DNA of 64,000 bases from Sediminibacterium sp. (GTDB lineage: Bacteria > Bacteroidota > Bacteroidia > Chitinophagales > Chitinophagaceae). The stretch spans positions 124,947 to 188,946 of the forward strand of contig JAEUVE010000018.1 in assembly GCA_016786865.1 (NCBI GenBank), given 5' to 3'. This document shows, in pieces, positions 1 through 8,761 of this stretch. Both the position numbers and the translations under genes were made by a program. Below the pieces are notes generated by a model. That model was not told where the DNA came from, did no database searches, and saw only the letters and a list, made by a program, of their open reading frames with translations. Numbering within the stretch: the stretch's first letter is position 1; the number at the start of each line of letters is the position of its first letter.

Positions 1-273
1 TTGTCTGCTGGGCGAAAAATTATTGGGGTTCAAACGCATGCCTGCTACGCGCAGTTCAGGTTGTCCCAATTCCTCTACCGTAGGGTAGGAGTTTCTTTCG
101 CTGAGCAACATCCAGTTGGCTTTGCCATCAAAACTGACTGCAGGGGTTGGTTTGGCCAGCAGCAGATCAGCTATGTCTTTGGGTGGTGTCTGATATGCTG
201 TTCCATCCTGGGCCTTTACTGCCGACAGGCAGAAGAGCAGACACGCAGCAATCAGGGATTTGAGTTTAAACAT
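1..273 (-). CDS. Secreted S9-family (prolyl oligopeptidase-like) peptidase, N-terminal part only; runs off the left edge
   Basis: Not in the ORF track. Read by hand on the minus strand from ATG at 273: MFKLKSLIAACLLFCLSAVKAQDGTAYQTPPKDIADLLLAKPTPAVSFDGKANWMLLSERNSYPTVEELGQPELRVAGMRLNP. Signal peptide plus a YQTPP..I / PELR.AG.R.NP pattern that I recognise from Bacteroidota S9 glutamyl-peptidase-like proteins. Confidence 0.75.
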   Translation of the reverse strand, partial: MFKLKSLIAACLLFCLSAVKAQDGTAYQTPPKDIADLLLAKPTPAVSFDGKANWMLLSERNSYPTVEELGQPELRVAGMRLNPNNFSPSRQ

Positions 274-379
274 AATGATTGATTTATAACAATAATGGAT
301 CCACTCCGTATGGGTGGACGTCTAAATTAGTGATAAAACAGCGCCCTGTTGCCCTGAATCGGTGGATGGCCAAAAATAA

Positions 380-411
380 TTTGCCGGTATAAGCTGCCTG
401 CTGTATTTTTG
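380..411 (+). promoter_or_regulatory. Bacteroidota primary-sigma promoter of the his operon
   Basis: TTTG (380-383), 20-nt spacer, TATTTTTG (404-411); matches the TTTG-N19-21-TAnnTTTG consensus. Confidence 0.75.
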
Positions 412-419
412 CGTTACGA

Positions 420-470
420 ATGAAACAAAACCTGCATATACATCATCATCATTTCTTACCCAAAGGGTAG
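420..470 (+). CDS. hisL: His operon leader peptide MKQNLHIHHHHFLPKG
   Basis: ATG at 420, five CAT codons (435, 441, 444, 447, 450), TAG at 468-470; sits directly before an intrinsic terminator and hisG. Confidence 0.92.
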   Translation: MKQNLHIHHHHFLPKG

Positions 471-535
471 GCAATTGGCGTGTATGCAATTAATATACAA
501 ATCAGTGAAGCTTACCAGTTTGGTAGGCTTTTTTT
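455..535 (+). promoter_or_regulatory. His attenuator (alternative hairpins and intrinsic terminator)
   Basis: 1:2 hairpin CTTACCC/GGGTAGG (455-471); antiterminator GGTAGGC (466-472) pairing with GCTTACC (510-516); terminator AAGCTTACCA-GTT-TGGTAGGCTT (508-530) with U-tract to 535. Confidence 0.88.
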
Positions 536-547
536 ATTTTTAAGACT

Positions 548-1426
548 ATGAGTAACCAGGTAAACAACAAGAGTAAACTGAAATTGGCCATTCAGAAAAG
601 TGGCCGGCTGCACGATGATTCTGTTCGTCTTCTGAAAGAATGCGGCATTGATATCAGCAATGGAATCAATAAGCTGAAAGCGGATGCAACCAACTTTCCG
701 ATAGAAGTCTTTTTTCTGAGAGACGACGATATTCCGCAGTATGTGGAAGATGGCGTGGCAGATATTGGATTTGTAGGGGAGAATGTGGTGTTCGAAAAAA
801 AGAAAAAAGTAGTGATTACCGACAAACTGGGCTTTGGTAAATGCCGCCTGAGTATGGCGGTACAGCGCAATGAGCAATATACCGGTATCCAGTCTTTACA
901 AGGCAGAAAAATTGCCACCAGCTATCCGGTGATCGTAGCGGATTACCTGAAGGAAAAAGGGGTTGATGCGGAAATTCACGAAATCAGCGGAAGTGTTGAA
1001 ATTGCCCCCGGCATAGGTCTCGCAGATGCCATCTGCGACCTGGTGAGCAGCGGTTCCACCCTGTTTATGAATGGTTTGAAAGAAGCCGAAGTGATCCTGC
1101 AATCCCAGGCAGTATTGATCAGGAACGAATCCCTGGAACCTGCAAAACAGCAATTGCTGGACCGCTTGCTGTTCAGAATACAGGCGGTTAAAAAAGCCAA
1201 AAACAACAAATACATTCTGCTGAATGCTCCCAATAATAAGCTGAAAGAAATCATTGCATTGTTACCTGGAATGAAAAGTCCTACTGTTTTACCGCTGGCA
1301 GAAGAAGGCTGGAGCAGTGTACACAGTGTATTAAATGAAAATGAATTCTGGGATATCATTGAGCAGCTGAAAGCGGCTGGGGCACAGGGTATCTTGGTAG
1401 TGCCAATTGAGAAAATGATTGTTTAA
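548..1426 (+). CDS. hisG: ATP phosphoribosyltransferase (long form)
   Basis: LAIQKSGRL, LRDDDIP, GSVEIAP motifs; C-terminal regulatory domain (LPGMKSPTV). Confidence 0.97.
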   Translation: MSNQVNNKSKLKLAIQKSGRLHDDSVRLLKECGIDISNGINKLKADATNFPIEVFFLRDDDIPQYVEDGVADIGFVGENVVFEKKKKVVITDKLGFGKCRLSMAVQRNEQYTGIQSLQGRKIATSYPVIVADYLKEKGVDAEIHEISGSVEIAPGIGLADAICDLVSSGSTLFMNGLKEAEVILQSQAVLIRNESLEPAKQQLLDRLLFRIQAVKKAKNNKYILLNAPNNKLKEIIALLPGMKSPTVLPLAEEGWSSVHSVLNENEFWDIIEQLKAAGAQGILVVPIEKMIV

Positions 1427-1444
1427 CTGTTTAAACTGAAAACG

Positions 1445-2725
1445 ATGATGAAAATCTTTCTGAGTCCGGACCGAAAAGACTGGCCCGGTTTATTGAAAAG
1501 ACCCGGTTTTGATCATGCAGATCTTACCGACAGGGTACGTCAGGTGCTTCAGGCGGTAAAACAGCAAGGGGATACTGCAGTGCGTGAGTATACCGCAGCA
1601 TTCGATGGTGTGCAGTTACAAAACAGCAGGGTAAGTCCGGATGAGATTGCAGCAGCATCCCTGCCCCGTGACCTGAAAGATGCTATTTTGCTGGCGGCCG
1701 CCAATATCCGCCGTTTTCACGAAAAGCAGGTTCCTAAAATGGAGAAGGCGGAAACCCTTCCCGGTGTGAAATGCTGGAGAAAAGCAGTTCCCATTCAAAA
1801 AGTGGGTCTCTATATACCTGGTGGAACAGCGCCTTTGTTTTCCACCATTCTCATGCTGGGAATACCTGCAGCCATTGCCGGTTGCGAGGAAGTGGTGCTT
1901 TGTTCTCCTCCGGATAAAAAAGGTCAGCTGCATCCGGCGATTCTGTTTGCAGCAGACCTGGTAGGCATTAAAAATATTTATAAGATTGGTGGGGTACAGG
2001 CCATTGCTGCCATGGCTTATGGAACGGAAACGGTTCCTGCTGTGTACAAGATATTCGGACCCGGTAACCAGTATGTAACCTGTGCTAAGCAACTGGTACA
2101 GCAGGAGGGTATTGCTATCGATATGCCTGCGGGCCCAAGTGAAGTATGTGTATTGGCAGACGATACGGCCCGTCCGGATTTTGTAGCTGCCGATTTGCTG
2201 AGTCAGGCCGAACATGGTGCAGACAGTCAGGTATTACTGGTAAGTACCAGTAAGGAACTGATACATTCGGTAAATGAATCCCTGGTTAAGCAGTTGAATC
2301 AATTGCCCCGTAAGGAAATGGCCAAAAAGGCATTGGAAAACAGTAAGGCCATTTTTGTTAAAACAAAAAAAGAGGCCATTGATCTGGTAAACGAATATGC
2401 AGCGGAACACCTCATCATTGCCTGTGCCAACGATGAACTCGTGGCATCTTCCATTGTAAATGCAGGTTCGGTATTTCTCGGACATTTTTCTCCGGAAAGT
2501 GTGGGAGACTATGCCAGCGGAACCAATCATACCCTGCCAACCAATGGGCATGCAAGGGCCTACAGTGGTGTGAGCCTCGATAGTTTTCTCAAAAAGATTA
2601 CCTATCAGCGCCTTACCAAAGCAGGATTGCAGCACATTGGCAGGGCAGTCGAAATCATGGCAGAAGCAGAAGGGCTACGTGCACACAAAGAGGCTGTTTC
2701 CATTCGTCTGAGAATAGAATCCTAG
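1445..2725 (+). CDS. hisD: Histidinol dehydrogenase
   Basis: [58 protein letters not shown]. Confidence 0.97.
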   Translation: MMKIFLSPDRKDWPGLLKRPGFDHADLTDRVRQVLQAVKQQGDTAVREYTAAFDGVQLQNSRVSPDEIAAASLPRDLKDAILLAAANIRRFHEKQVPKMEKAETLPGVKCWRKAVPIQKVGLYIPGGTAPLFSTILMLGIPAAIAGCEEVVLCSPPDKKGQLHPAILFAADLVGIKNIYKIGGVQAIAAMAYGTETVPAVYKIFGPGNQYVTCAKQLVQQEGIAIDMPAGPSEVCVLADDTARPDFVAADLLSQAEHGADSQVLLVSTSKELIHSVNESLVKQLNQLPRKEMAKKALENSKAIFVKTKKEAIDLVNEYAAEHLIIACANDELVASSIVNAGSVFLGHFSPESVGDYASGTNHTLPTNGHARAYSGVSLDSFLKKITYQRLTKAGLQHIGRAVEIMAEAEGLRAHKEAVSIRLRIES

Positions 2726-2789
2726 CAATGGCGCGCCCTGATCTGTCAAATGGCTTTTAACATCAATATTCAATTTATAATTTCTGATC

Positions 2790-3851
2790 ATGTTGTTCGA
2801 TCTTAATCAACTCATTCGGCCGAATATCGCCAGGCTGGTAGCATATTCTTCTGCAAGAGACGAATTCAGCGGTGAGGCAAAAGTATTCCTCGATGCCAAT
2901 GAAAACAGCCTGGGTTCTCCTTTATCAAAATGGTATAACCGATATCCGGACCCGCACCAGAAAGCCTTGAAGGAAAAGATTGCATTTGTAAAGCAATTGC
3001 CACCCGAACATATTTTTTTGGGAAATGGAAGTGATGAGTGCATCGATTTGCTGTACCGTTGTTTCTGTGAGCCGGGCAAAGACAATGCGATCATTTGTCC
3101 GCCTACTTATGGTATGTACGAAGTAAGCGCCAATATCAACGATGTTGCGGTAAAAAAAGTACCCCTGCTGGATGATTTTCAGCTCGATTTGGTTCACCTG
3201 GAAAATGCAGTGGACGCAAATACCAAACTGATCTGGATCTGTTCTCCCAACAATCCGACCGGTAATTCGTTGCACCGGATGGATATTGAAACGGTACTCA
3301 ATAACTTCAAGGGGATTGTGGTGATTGATGAAGCCTATATCAACTTCGCCCGTCAAAAATCCTTTGTTCAGGAACTGGCCGATTATCCCAACTTAGTGGT
3401 ACTGCAAACCTTCAGCAAGGCCTGGGGACTGGCAGGACTGCGCCTGGGCATGGCATTTGCTTCTGCGGCAATCATAGATGTGATGAATAAAGTGAAGCCG
3501 CCGTACAACATCAATCAGGCATCACAGGAACTGGCGTTGAAAGCACTGGAAGAAGTAGGGCAGGTGAACGATATGATCAAATTGCTGGTAGATATGCGTG
3601 AGGCGCTGGCAGAAGTATTCCTTTCCATGCCTACTGTAGAAAAAGTATATCCATCCGATGCCAATTTTATACTGGTGAAGATCCGGGATGCCCGAAAGGT
3701 ATACGAATTCCTCCTTACCAAAGGAATTGTGTTGCGCGACAGAAGCAATGTAAAGCTTTGCGAGGATTGTTTGCGGATTACGGTTGGCTCCGAACAGGAC
3801 AACACATTACTGGTAGATGCCATGCATGAATGGTATGCCCTGAATCCCTAA
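2790..3851 (+). CDS. hisC: Histidinol-phosphate aminotransferase
   Basis: LDANEN, NRYPDP, GNGSDE, SPNNPTG, DEAY, TFSKAWGLAGLRLG (PLP lysine). Confidence 0.96.
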   Translation: MLFDLNQLIRPNIARLVAYSSARDEFSGEAKVFLDANENSLGSPLSKWYNRYPDPHQKALKEKIAFVKQLPPEHIFLGNGSDECIDLLYRCFCEPGKDNAIICPPTYGMYEVSANINDVAVKKVPLLDDFQLDLVHLENAVDANTKLIWICSPNNPTGNSLHRMDIETVLNNFKGIVVIDEAYINFARQKSFVQELADYPNLVVLQTFSKAWGLAGLRLGMAFASAAIIDVMNKVKPPYNINQASQELALKALEEVGQVNDMIKLLVDMREALAEVFLSMPTVEKVYPSDANFILVKIRDARKVYEFLLTKGIVLRDRSNVKLCEDCLRITVGSEQDNTLLVDAMHEWYALNP

Positions 3852-3875
3852 TTTTACGATACCTAAACTTAAAAT

Positions 3876-5117
3876 ATGAAACTCAGTTTTTTATTGTTTT
3901 CGACTCTGGCAGCTTTTGGAGTGGCTTCTGCCCAGTCTCCGGCTGTTTCCATCAAAGTTCCGGCAGGATTTGCGGTTGCCAGTGTGGCAAAAGATTTCGG
4001 AAGGGTCCGCCATATTGCGGTGAACAGTAATGGCGATGTGTACATGAAACTGGAAAAGTTAAACAAAGGGAAAGGTATTTACCGGTTGAGGGATACTAAT
4101 AAAGATGGTATCATGGACGACACCCTGGCTTTTGGAAATTATATCGGCACCGGCATTGCAATAAAGAACGGTTATCTCTATGCGTCTTCCAATACAGACG
4201 TATATCGCTATAAGCTGGATCAGCAACAGAATCCGGTAAATCCGGATCAGCCTGAAACCATTGTTACCGGGCTGGTAGATAAACGACAACACGCTTCTAA
4301 ATCAATAGCGCTGGACAATGCCGGAAATATTTATGTGAACATCGGAGCACCCAGCAATGCCTGCCAGGAGCAGGACCGGAAACAGGGTTCTCCCGGAATG
4401 AATCCATGCCCCATTTTGGAAACAGCCGGAGGAATCTGGCAGTTCAGGGCCGATCAGCTCAATCAGTCTTATAAAGAAGGTATACGATATGCAACTGGTA
4501 TCCGGAATTGTGTAGGATTAGACTGGAACAATGAAGTGAATGAACTTTTTATTACCGTTCACGGAAGGGATATGCTGTACCAGTTCTATCCCGAAATGTA
4601 CGACCAGAAAAAGGGAGCCGAGCTTCCTTCAGAAACGATGTACATGGTGAAGAAAGGAGATGATTGTGGCTGGCCTTATGTGCATTGGGATCATTTTCAA
4701 AATAAGAAAATTCTGAATCCGGAATATGGAGGGGATGGTAAAAAAACAGGTGCGGAAAAAGCCATTGATCCATTGGTAGGATTTCCCGGTCATATGGCGC
4801 CTAATGCCTTGTTGTTCTATACCGGTAATCAGTTTCCGGAAAAATACAAGCATGGAGCATTCATTGCTTTTCACGGTAGCTGGAACAGGGCTCCGGAAAA
4901 CCAGGAAGGATTTTATGTGGTTTTTGTACCCATGAAAAATGGTAAGCCTACTGGTAAATGGGAAGTGTTTGCAGATGGCTTTTCCGGTGTGGATAAAGTG
5001 ACCAATCTAAGTGCGGTGAAACACCGTCCATGCGGACTGGCACAAGGCCCGGATGGTTCCCTGTATGTGTCCGACGACAACAAGGGATATGTTTGGAAAA
5101 TCAATTACAACAAATAA
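3876..5117 (+). CDS. Secreted glucose/sorbosone dehydrogenase-family beta-propeller protein
   Basis: Signal peptide ending ASA|Q; YATGIRN, HGRD, GWPY, GHMAP, AFHGSWNR, RPCGLAQGPDGSLYVSDD motifs of the GSDH/sorbosone dehydrogenase family. Confidence 0.85.
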   Translation: MKLSFLLFSTLAAFGVASAQSPAVSIKVPAGFAVASVAKDFGRVRHIAVNSNGDVYMKLEKLNKGKGIYRLRDTNKDGIMDDTLAFGNYIGTGIAIKNGYLYASSNTDVYRYKLDQQQNPVNPDQPETIVTGLVDKRQHASKSIALDNAGNIYVNIGAPSNACQEQDRKQGSPGMNPCPILETAGGIWQFRADQLNQSYKEGIRYATGIRNCVGLDWNNEVNELFITVHGRDMLYQFYPEMYDQKKGAELPSETMYMVKKGDDCGWPYVHWDHFQNKKILNPEYGGDGKKTGAEKAIDPLVGFPGHMAPNALLFYTGNQFPEKYKHGAFIAFHGSWNRAPENQEGFYVVFVPMKNGKPTGKWEVFADGFSGVDKVTNLSAVKHRPCGLAQGPDGSLYVSDDNKGYVWKINYNK

Positions 5118-5126
5118 ACGGCAGGG

Positions 5127-5546
5127 ATGAAAAAATGGATGGTATTATGCCTGCTGCTGGTATCAGGGATGGGAATGGTGGTTTCTTCCCAAACAGATCG
5201 TTCCGGTTTAAAGGCTTCGATGACAAGGGGTAAACAGGTCTACGACCGGTATTGCCTTACCTGCCATCAGGCAGACGGAGGAGGGGTTCCCCGGATGAAT
5301 CCGCCCATCGCCAATACAGAATACGTATTAGGCAGCAAGCAACGGTTGATTGGTATTGTACTCAACGGGTTGAATGTTCCTCTCGAAATTAACGGGGAGG
5401 AATATGAAAACCCTATGGCTTCACATGCCTTTCTGAAAGACCAGCAGATCGCAGATGTATTAACTTATATTCGAAATTCCTTTGGAAACAAAGCGTCTGC
5501 AGTAACGGTTGCAGAAGTGAAATCCGTGAGGGCAAAAAATAAATGA
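5127..5546 (+). CDS. Secreted monoheme class I cytochrome c
   Basis: Signal peptide, CLTCH heme-binding motif, distal Met in ENPMASH, IADVLTYIRNSFGN; stop overlaps the hisB start (ATGA). Confidence 0.9.
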   Translation: MKKWMVLCLLLVSGMGMVVSSQTDRSGLKASMTRGKQVYDRYCLTCHQADGGGVPRMNPPIANTEYVLGSKQRLIGIVLNGLNVPLEINGEEYENPMASHAFLKDQQIADVLTYIRNSFGNKASAVTVAEVKSVRAKNK

Positions 5547-6676
5547 TGAAACGTATATTATTCATCGACAGAGATGGCGTGGTATTGCAGGAGCCTCCGA
5601 CCGATTTTCAGGTAGACAGTGTTGAAAAAACCAGTTTTGTACCGGGAGCCATTACCCAGTTGCACAGAATTGCTGCAGACTTTGATTTCTATAAAGTAAT
5701 GGTGACCAACCAGGATGGTCTGGGTACCGAAAGTTATCCGGAGGATGATTTTCATCCTTTTCACAATCTGATGTTGCGAACCCTCGAAGGGGAAGGCTTT
5801 GTGTTCGATGAAATGATCATCGACAGAACATTTGCAGCCGATAACCAGCCAACCCGTAAACCTGGTACAGCCCTGCTGAGTCATTTCATTAACAATCCAG
5901 CTTTTGATCTGGCAAATTCCTTTGTAATCGGTGATCGCTGGAGTGATATTCAATTGGCCAAAAACTTAGGTTGCAAGGCCATTTACCTCAAATCCGGACT
6001 GCACGAACTCAGCGAAGAGCAGGTGTTTGAATACGCAGATACCATTGTGCTGGAAACCTCCGACTGGGCAGAGATTTATGCGTTTCTGAAACTGGGTTTG
6101 CGTAAGGTAACACATGAACGCAATACCAATGAAACCAAGATTCACATAGAGTTGAATATAGACGGCACTGGCAAATCCAACATCCATACCGGATTGGGTT
6201 TTTTTGATCATATGCTCGATCAGATTGCCCGCCATGGTAAAATGGATCTCAAGGTGATGACCAAGGGAGACCTTCACATAGATGAACACCATACGATTGA
6301 AGATACAGGTATTGCACTTGGTGAAGCTTTTGCCAAAGCCCTGACAGATAAACGCGGAATGGAGCGCTATGGTTTTGCTTTACCCATGGACGAGGCCGAA
6401 GCAAAAGTGTTGATTGATTTTGGTGGACGAAACTGGATTGTATGGAATGCAGCATTTACAAGAGAACGGGTAGGGGAAATGCCTACCGAAATGTTTTTTC
6501 ATTTCTTCAAATCGTTCAGCGATGGTGCCAGGTGCAATCTGAATATCGAATGCAGGGGAGAGAATGAGCACCATAAAATTGAAGCCATTTTCAAAGCATT
6601 TGCCAAGGCCATCCGCATGGCGGTAAGGCGCGATCCTTTGTCGGATCAGCTGCCTTCCACCAAAGGAGTGTTGTAA
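5543..6676 (+). CDS. hisB: Bifunctional histidinol-phosphatase / imidazoleglycerol-phosphate dehydratase
   Basis: N-terminal HAD domain FIDRDG...TNQDG...RKP...GDR; C-terminal IGPD with FFDHML, DEHHTIED, NEHHKIEAIFK, PSTKGVL. Confidence 0.97.
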   Translation: MMKRILFIDRDGVVLQEPPTDFQVDSVEKTSFVPGAITQLHRIAADFDFYKVMVTNQDGLGTESYPEDDFHPFHNLMLRTLEGEGFVFDEMIIDRTFAADNQPTRKPGTALLSHFINNPAFDLANSFVIGDRWSDIQLAKNLGCKAIYLKSGLHELSEEQVFEYADTIVLETSDWAEIYAFLKLGLRKVTHERNTNETKIHIELNIDGTGKSNIHTGLGFFDHMLDQIARHGKMDLKVMTKGDLHIDEHHTIEDTGIALGEAFAKALTDKRGMERYGFALPMDEAEAKVLIDFGGRNWIVWNAAFTRERVGEMPTEMFFHFFKSFSDGARCNLNIECRGENEHHKIEAIFKAFAKAIRMAVRRDPLSDQLPSTKGVL

Positions 6677-6681
6677 TACTA

Positions 6682-7143
6682 TTACAGGCTTTTAACCCGT
6701 TTCCAGGTATCTGTTTTGCCCAGCAGGGATATGCCCATGAAGCCTCTCACTTCGATGGTGCTTTCATTGATCATGGTAATTTTGCATCCGTAATCGTTGC
6801 CCGACTTTGGATCATACACTTTCCCGTTGTTCCAGAGGTTTTCTTTGGCATATTGTAAGTTGCGCAAATTTACCAATCCCAATAAAGGGCGCGATTTTAG
6901 CTGATCATCGCTGTTTTTTACATCGGTTTTAGGCTTTCCGGTGGCCGGATCATTGGGTTCTTTGAGCCATACCAGCTTTCCGTAATACAGGTCTCCCTGT
7001 TTGTAAATCTGGATTACCCCATTGCCTGCCAATGGCTTCCATAAGCCAACAATGGCATCCGGATTGTTATTGGCCATTGCAAAAGAAGCAGGGCCTGCCA
7101 GCAACATCAAAATCGCCAGGTACCGGTATACTATTTTTCTCAT
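6682..7143 (-). CDS. DUF2147-family secreted protein
   Basis: Signal peptide; IVGLWK, D.KN...RPLLGL, W.NGKVYDPKSG..Y, EVRGF.GISLLGKT.TW pattern. Start taken at ATG 7143 (ORF extends to 7161). Confidence 0.8.
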   Translation of the reverse strand: MRKIVYRYLAILMLLAGPASFAMANNNPDAIVGLWKPLAGNGVIQIYKQGDLYYGKLVWLKEPNDPATGKPKTDVKNSDDQLKSRPLLGLVNLRNLQYAKENLWNNGKVYDPKSGNDYGCKITMINESTIEVRGFMGISLLGKTDTWKRVKSL

Positions 7144-7154
7144 GAGATATTTTT

Positions 7155-7185
7155 TTTGCAATTTCCATCAAAATGGTCATCTTTG
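7155..7185 (+). promoter_or_regulatory. Probable trp operon promoter
   Basis: TTTG (7155-7158), 19-nt spacer, CATCTTTG (7178-7185; one mismatch to TAnnTTTG). Lies the same distance from its leader ATG as the his promoter does. Confidence 0.6.
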
Positions 7186-7193
7186 TAACAGTT

Positions 7194-7250
7194 ATGACAA
7201 TTATTAACAAACATTGGTGGTGGCATACAAACTCTGAACGGGGATTGTAG
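7194..7250 (+). CDS. trpL: Trp operon leader peptide MTIINKHWWWHTNSERGL
   Basis: ATG at 7194, TGG TGG TGG at 7215-7223 flanked by CAT at 7212 and 7224, TAG at 7248-7250; precedes a terminator and trpE. Confidence 0.92.
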   Translation: MTIINKHWWWHTNSERGL

Positions 7251-7309
7251 TGGCGTTGCCAATACTGATTGAATATATTCAAGGCCCCGGATAAAACCGG
7301 GGTTTTTTT
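7239..7309 (+). terminator. Trp attenuator terminator with antiterminator
   Basis: Hairpin AAGGCCCCGG-ATAAAA-CCGGGGTTTT (7281-7306) with U-tract to 7309; CGGGG (7239-7243) can pair with CCCCG (7285-7289) as an antiterminator. Confidence 0.87.
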
Positions 7310-7333
7310 ATTGATCCAATTGAAGCAGAAAAC

Positions 7334-8749
7334 ATGAAAAGAATTCGAATTGAAACAAGCGGTAAAAAAATGCTGGCAGATATTCATACGCCGGTGGGGA
7401 TTTACCTGCGTTTGAGAGACCGTTTCAGGGATACCATCCTGCTGGAGAGCACTGATCACCATGTTTCGGAAAACAGCTATTCATTTATATGTATCAATGC
7501 CATTGGTGGTATTGAAATCAGTTCTGCCGACCGGGTAGAATTTAAACTTCCCGGAAGGGAACCGGAAAGGGTCCAGATCAGCGAGGGCAGTAAAGTTCCG
7601 GAACTTATCTGGGAATATATGGGGCGTATGGAAGCTGCTCCGGTAGAAGACCGGGAACTGCAATTTGCTCAGGGACTTTACGGATACACCAGTTTTGATG
7701 CTGTTCAGTTTTTCGACAAAGTTGCACTTACCGACAAAGCCGAACCGGCCATTCCGCTGATGCGTTACCGGCTTTACCAATACGTGATTGCCATCAATCA
7801 CCATAAGGATATACTCTATCTCTGTGAAAACAGAATTGCCGGTATTGAATCGGATCTGGATGCAGTAGAGTCGCTGATCAGAAGCAAGGATGTGCCCGTG
7901 TTTCCGTTCCGTCTCAAAGGCAATGAGCGCTCCAATATGTCTGATGAAAATTATGTGGAAATGGTTAAGAAAGGCATCAAAAGCTGTATGCGGGGTGATG
8001 TGTTTCAGATTGTACTGAGTCGCCGGTTTGAACACAGTTTTACCGGAGATGAGTTCAATGTATACCGTGCTCTGCGCAGCATCAATCCTTCTCCTTATTT
8101 ATTCTTCTTCGACTATGGCAATTATAAATTATTCGGATCTTCTCCGGAAGCACAAATTATCGTGCAACAGGGAAAAGCAGTGGTGCATCCGATTGCCGGT
8201 ACGTTTCGCAGAACCGGAGATGAAAAAACAGACCAGGAAGCAGCAGCGCGTTTGCTGAAGGATGCGAAGGAAAATGCCGAGCATGTGATGCTGGTAGATT
8301 TAGCCAGAAATGATCTTAGCCGGGTATGTTCCGAAGTGGAAGTGAGCCGGTACAGGCAGGTACAATACTACAGTCATGTAATTCACCTGGTGAGCGAAGT
8401 AACCGGAAAGGTAAAACCAGAACAAAACCCTTTTGAACTGCTGGCCAAAACTTTTCCCGCAGGTACGTTAAGCGGAGCTCCCAAGATCAGGGCAATTGAA
8501 TTGATTGATGCATTGGAGCCTACCAGCAGGGGTTATTATGGTGGTGCAATCGGATTTGCCGGTTTTGACGGCAGCTTTAATCATGCTATTATGATCCGCA
8601 CATTCCTTTCCAGAAACAATACCCTGGTTTGTCAGGCAGGAGCAGGAGTGGTGGCGGCCAGTGTGCCGGAAAGTGAACTGCAGGAGGTTAACAATAAATT
8701 AAATGCATTAAAGACTGCCGCAAAAATGGCGGAAACCATTCATCCATAA
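7334..8749 (+). CDS. trpE: Anthranilate synthase component I
   Basis: LLES, GDVFQIVLS, NPSPY, SSPE, HPIAGT, KENAEHVMLVDLARND, FPAGTLSGAPK, YGGAIG, QAGAGVV. Confidence 0.96.
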   Translation: MKRIRIETSGKKMLADIHTPVGIYLRLRDRFRDTILLESTDHHVSENSYSFICINAIGGIEISSADRVEFKLPGREPERVQISEGSKVPELIWEYMGRMEAAPVEDRELQFAQGLYGYTSFDAVQFFDKVALTDKAEPAIPLMRYRLYQYVIAINHHKDILYLCENRIAGIESDLDAVESLIRSKDVPVFPFRLKGNERSNMSDENYVEMVKKGIKSCMRGDVFQIVLSRRFEHSFTGDEFNVYRALRSINPSPYLFFFDYGNYKLFGSSPEAQIIVQQGKAVVHPIAGTFRRTGDEKTDQEAAARLLKDAKENAEHVMLVDLARNDLSRVCSEVEVSRYRQVQYYSHVIHLVSEVTGKVKPEQNPFELLAKTFPAGTLSGAPKIRAIELIDALEPTSRGYYGGAIGFAGFDGSFNHAIMIRTFLSRNNTLVCQAGAGVVAASVPESELQEVNNKLNALKTAAKMAETIHP

Positions 8750-8761
8750 GCGCAAGAACCA

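Noticed and set aside
1-282. + strand 93-aa ORF from the track
   Set aside because: Shadow of the real minus-strand S9 peptidase N-terminus (1-273); no recognisable motif.
300-318. Hairpin TCCACTC-CGTAT-GGGTGGA in the divergent promoter region
   Set aside because: Single copy, no U-tract and no recognisable riboswitch or REP context; I cannot assign a function.
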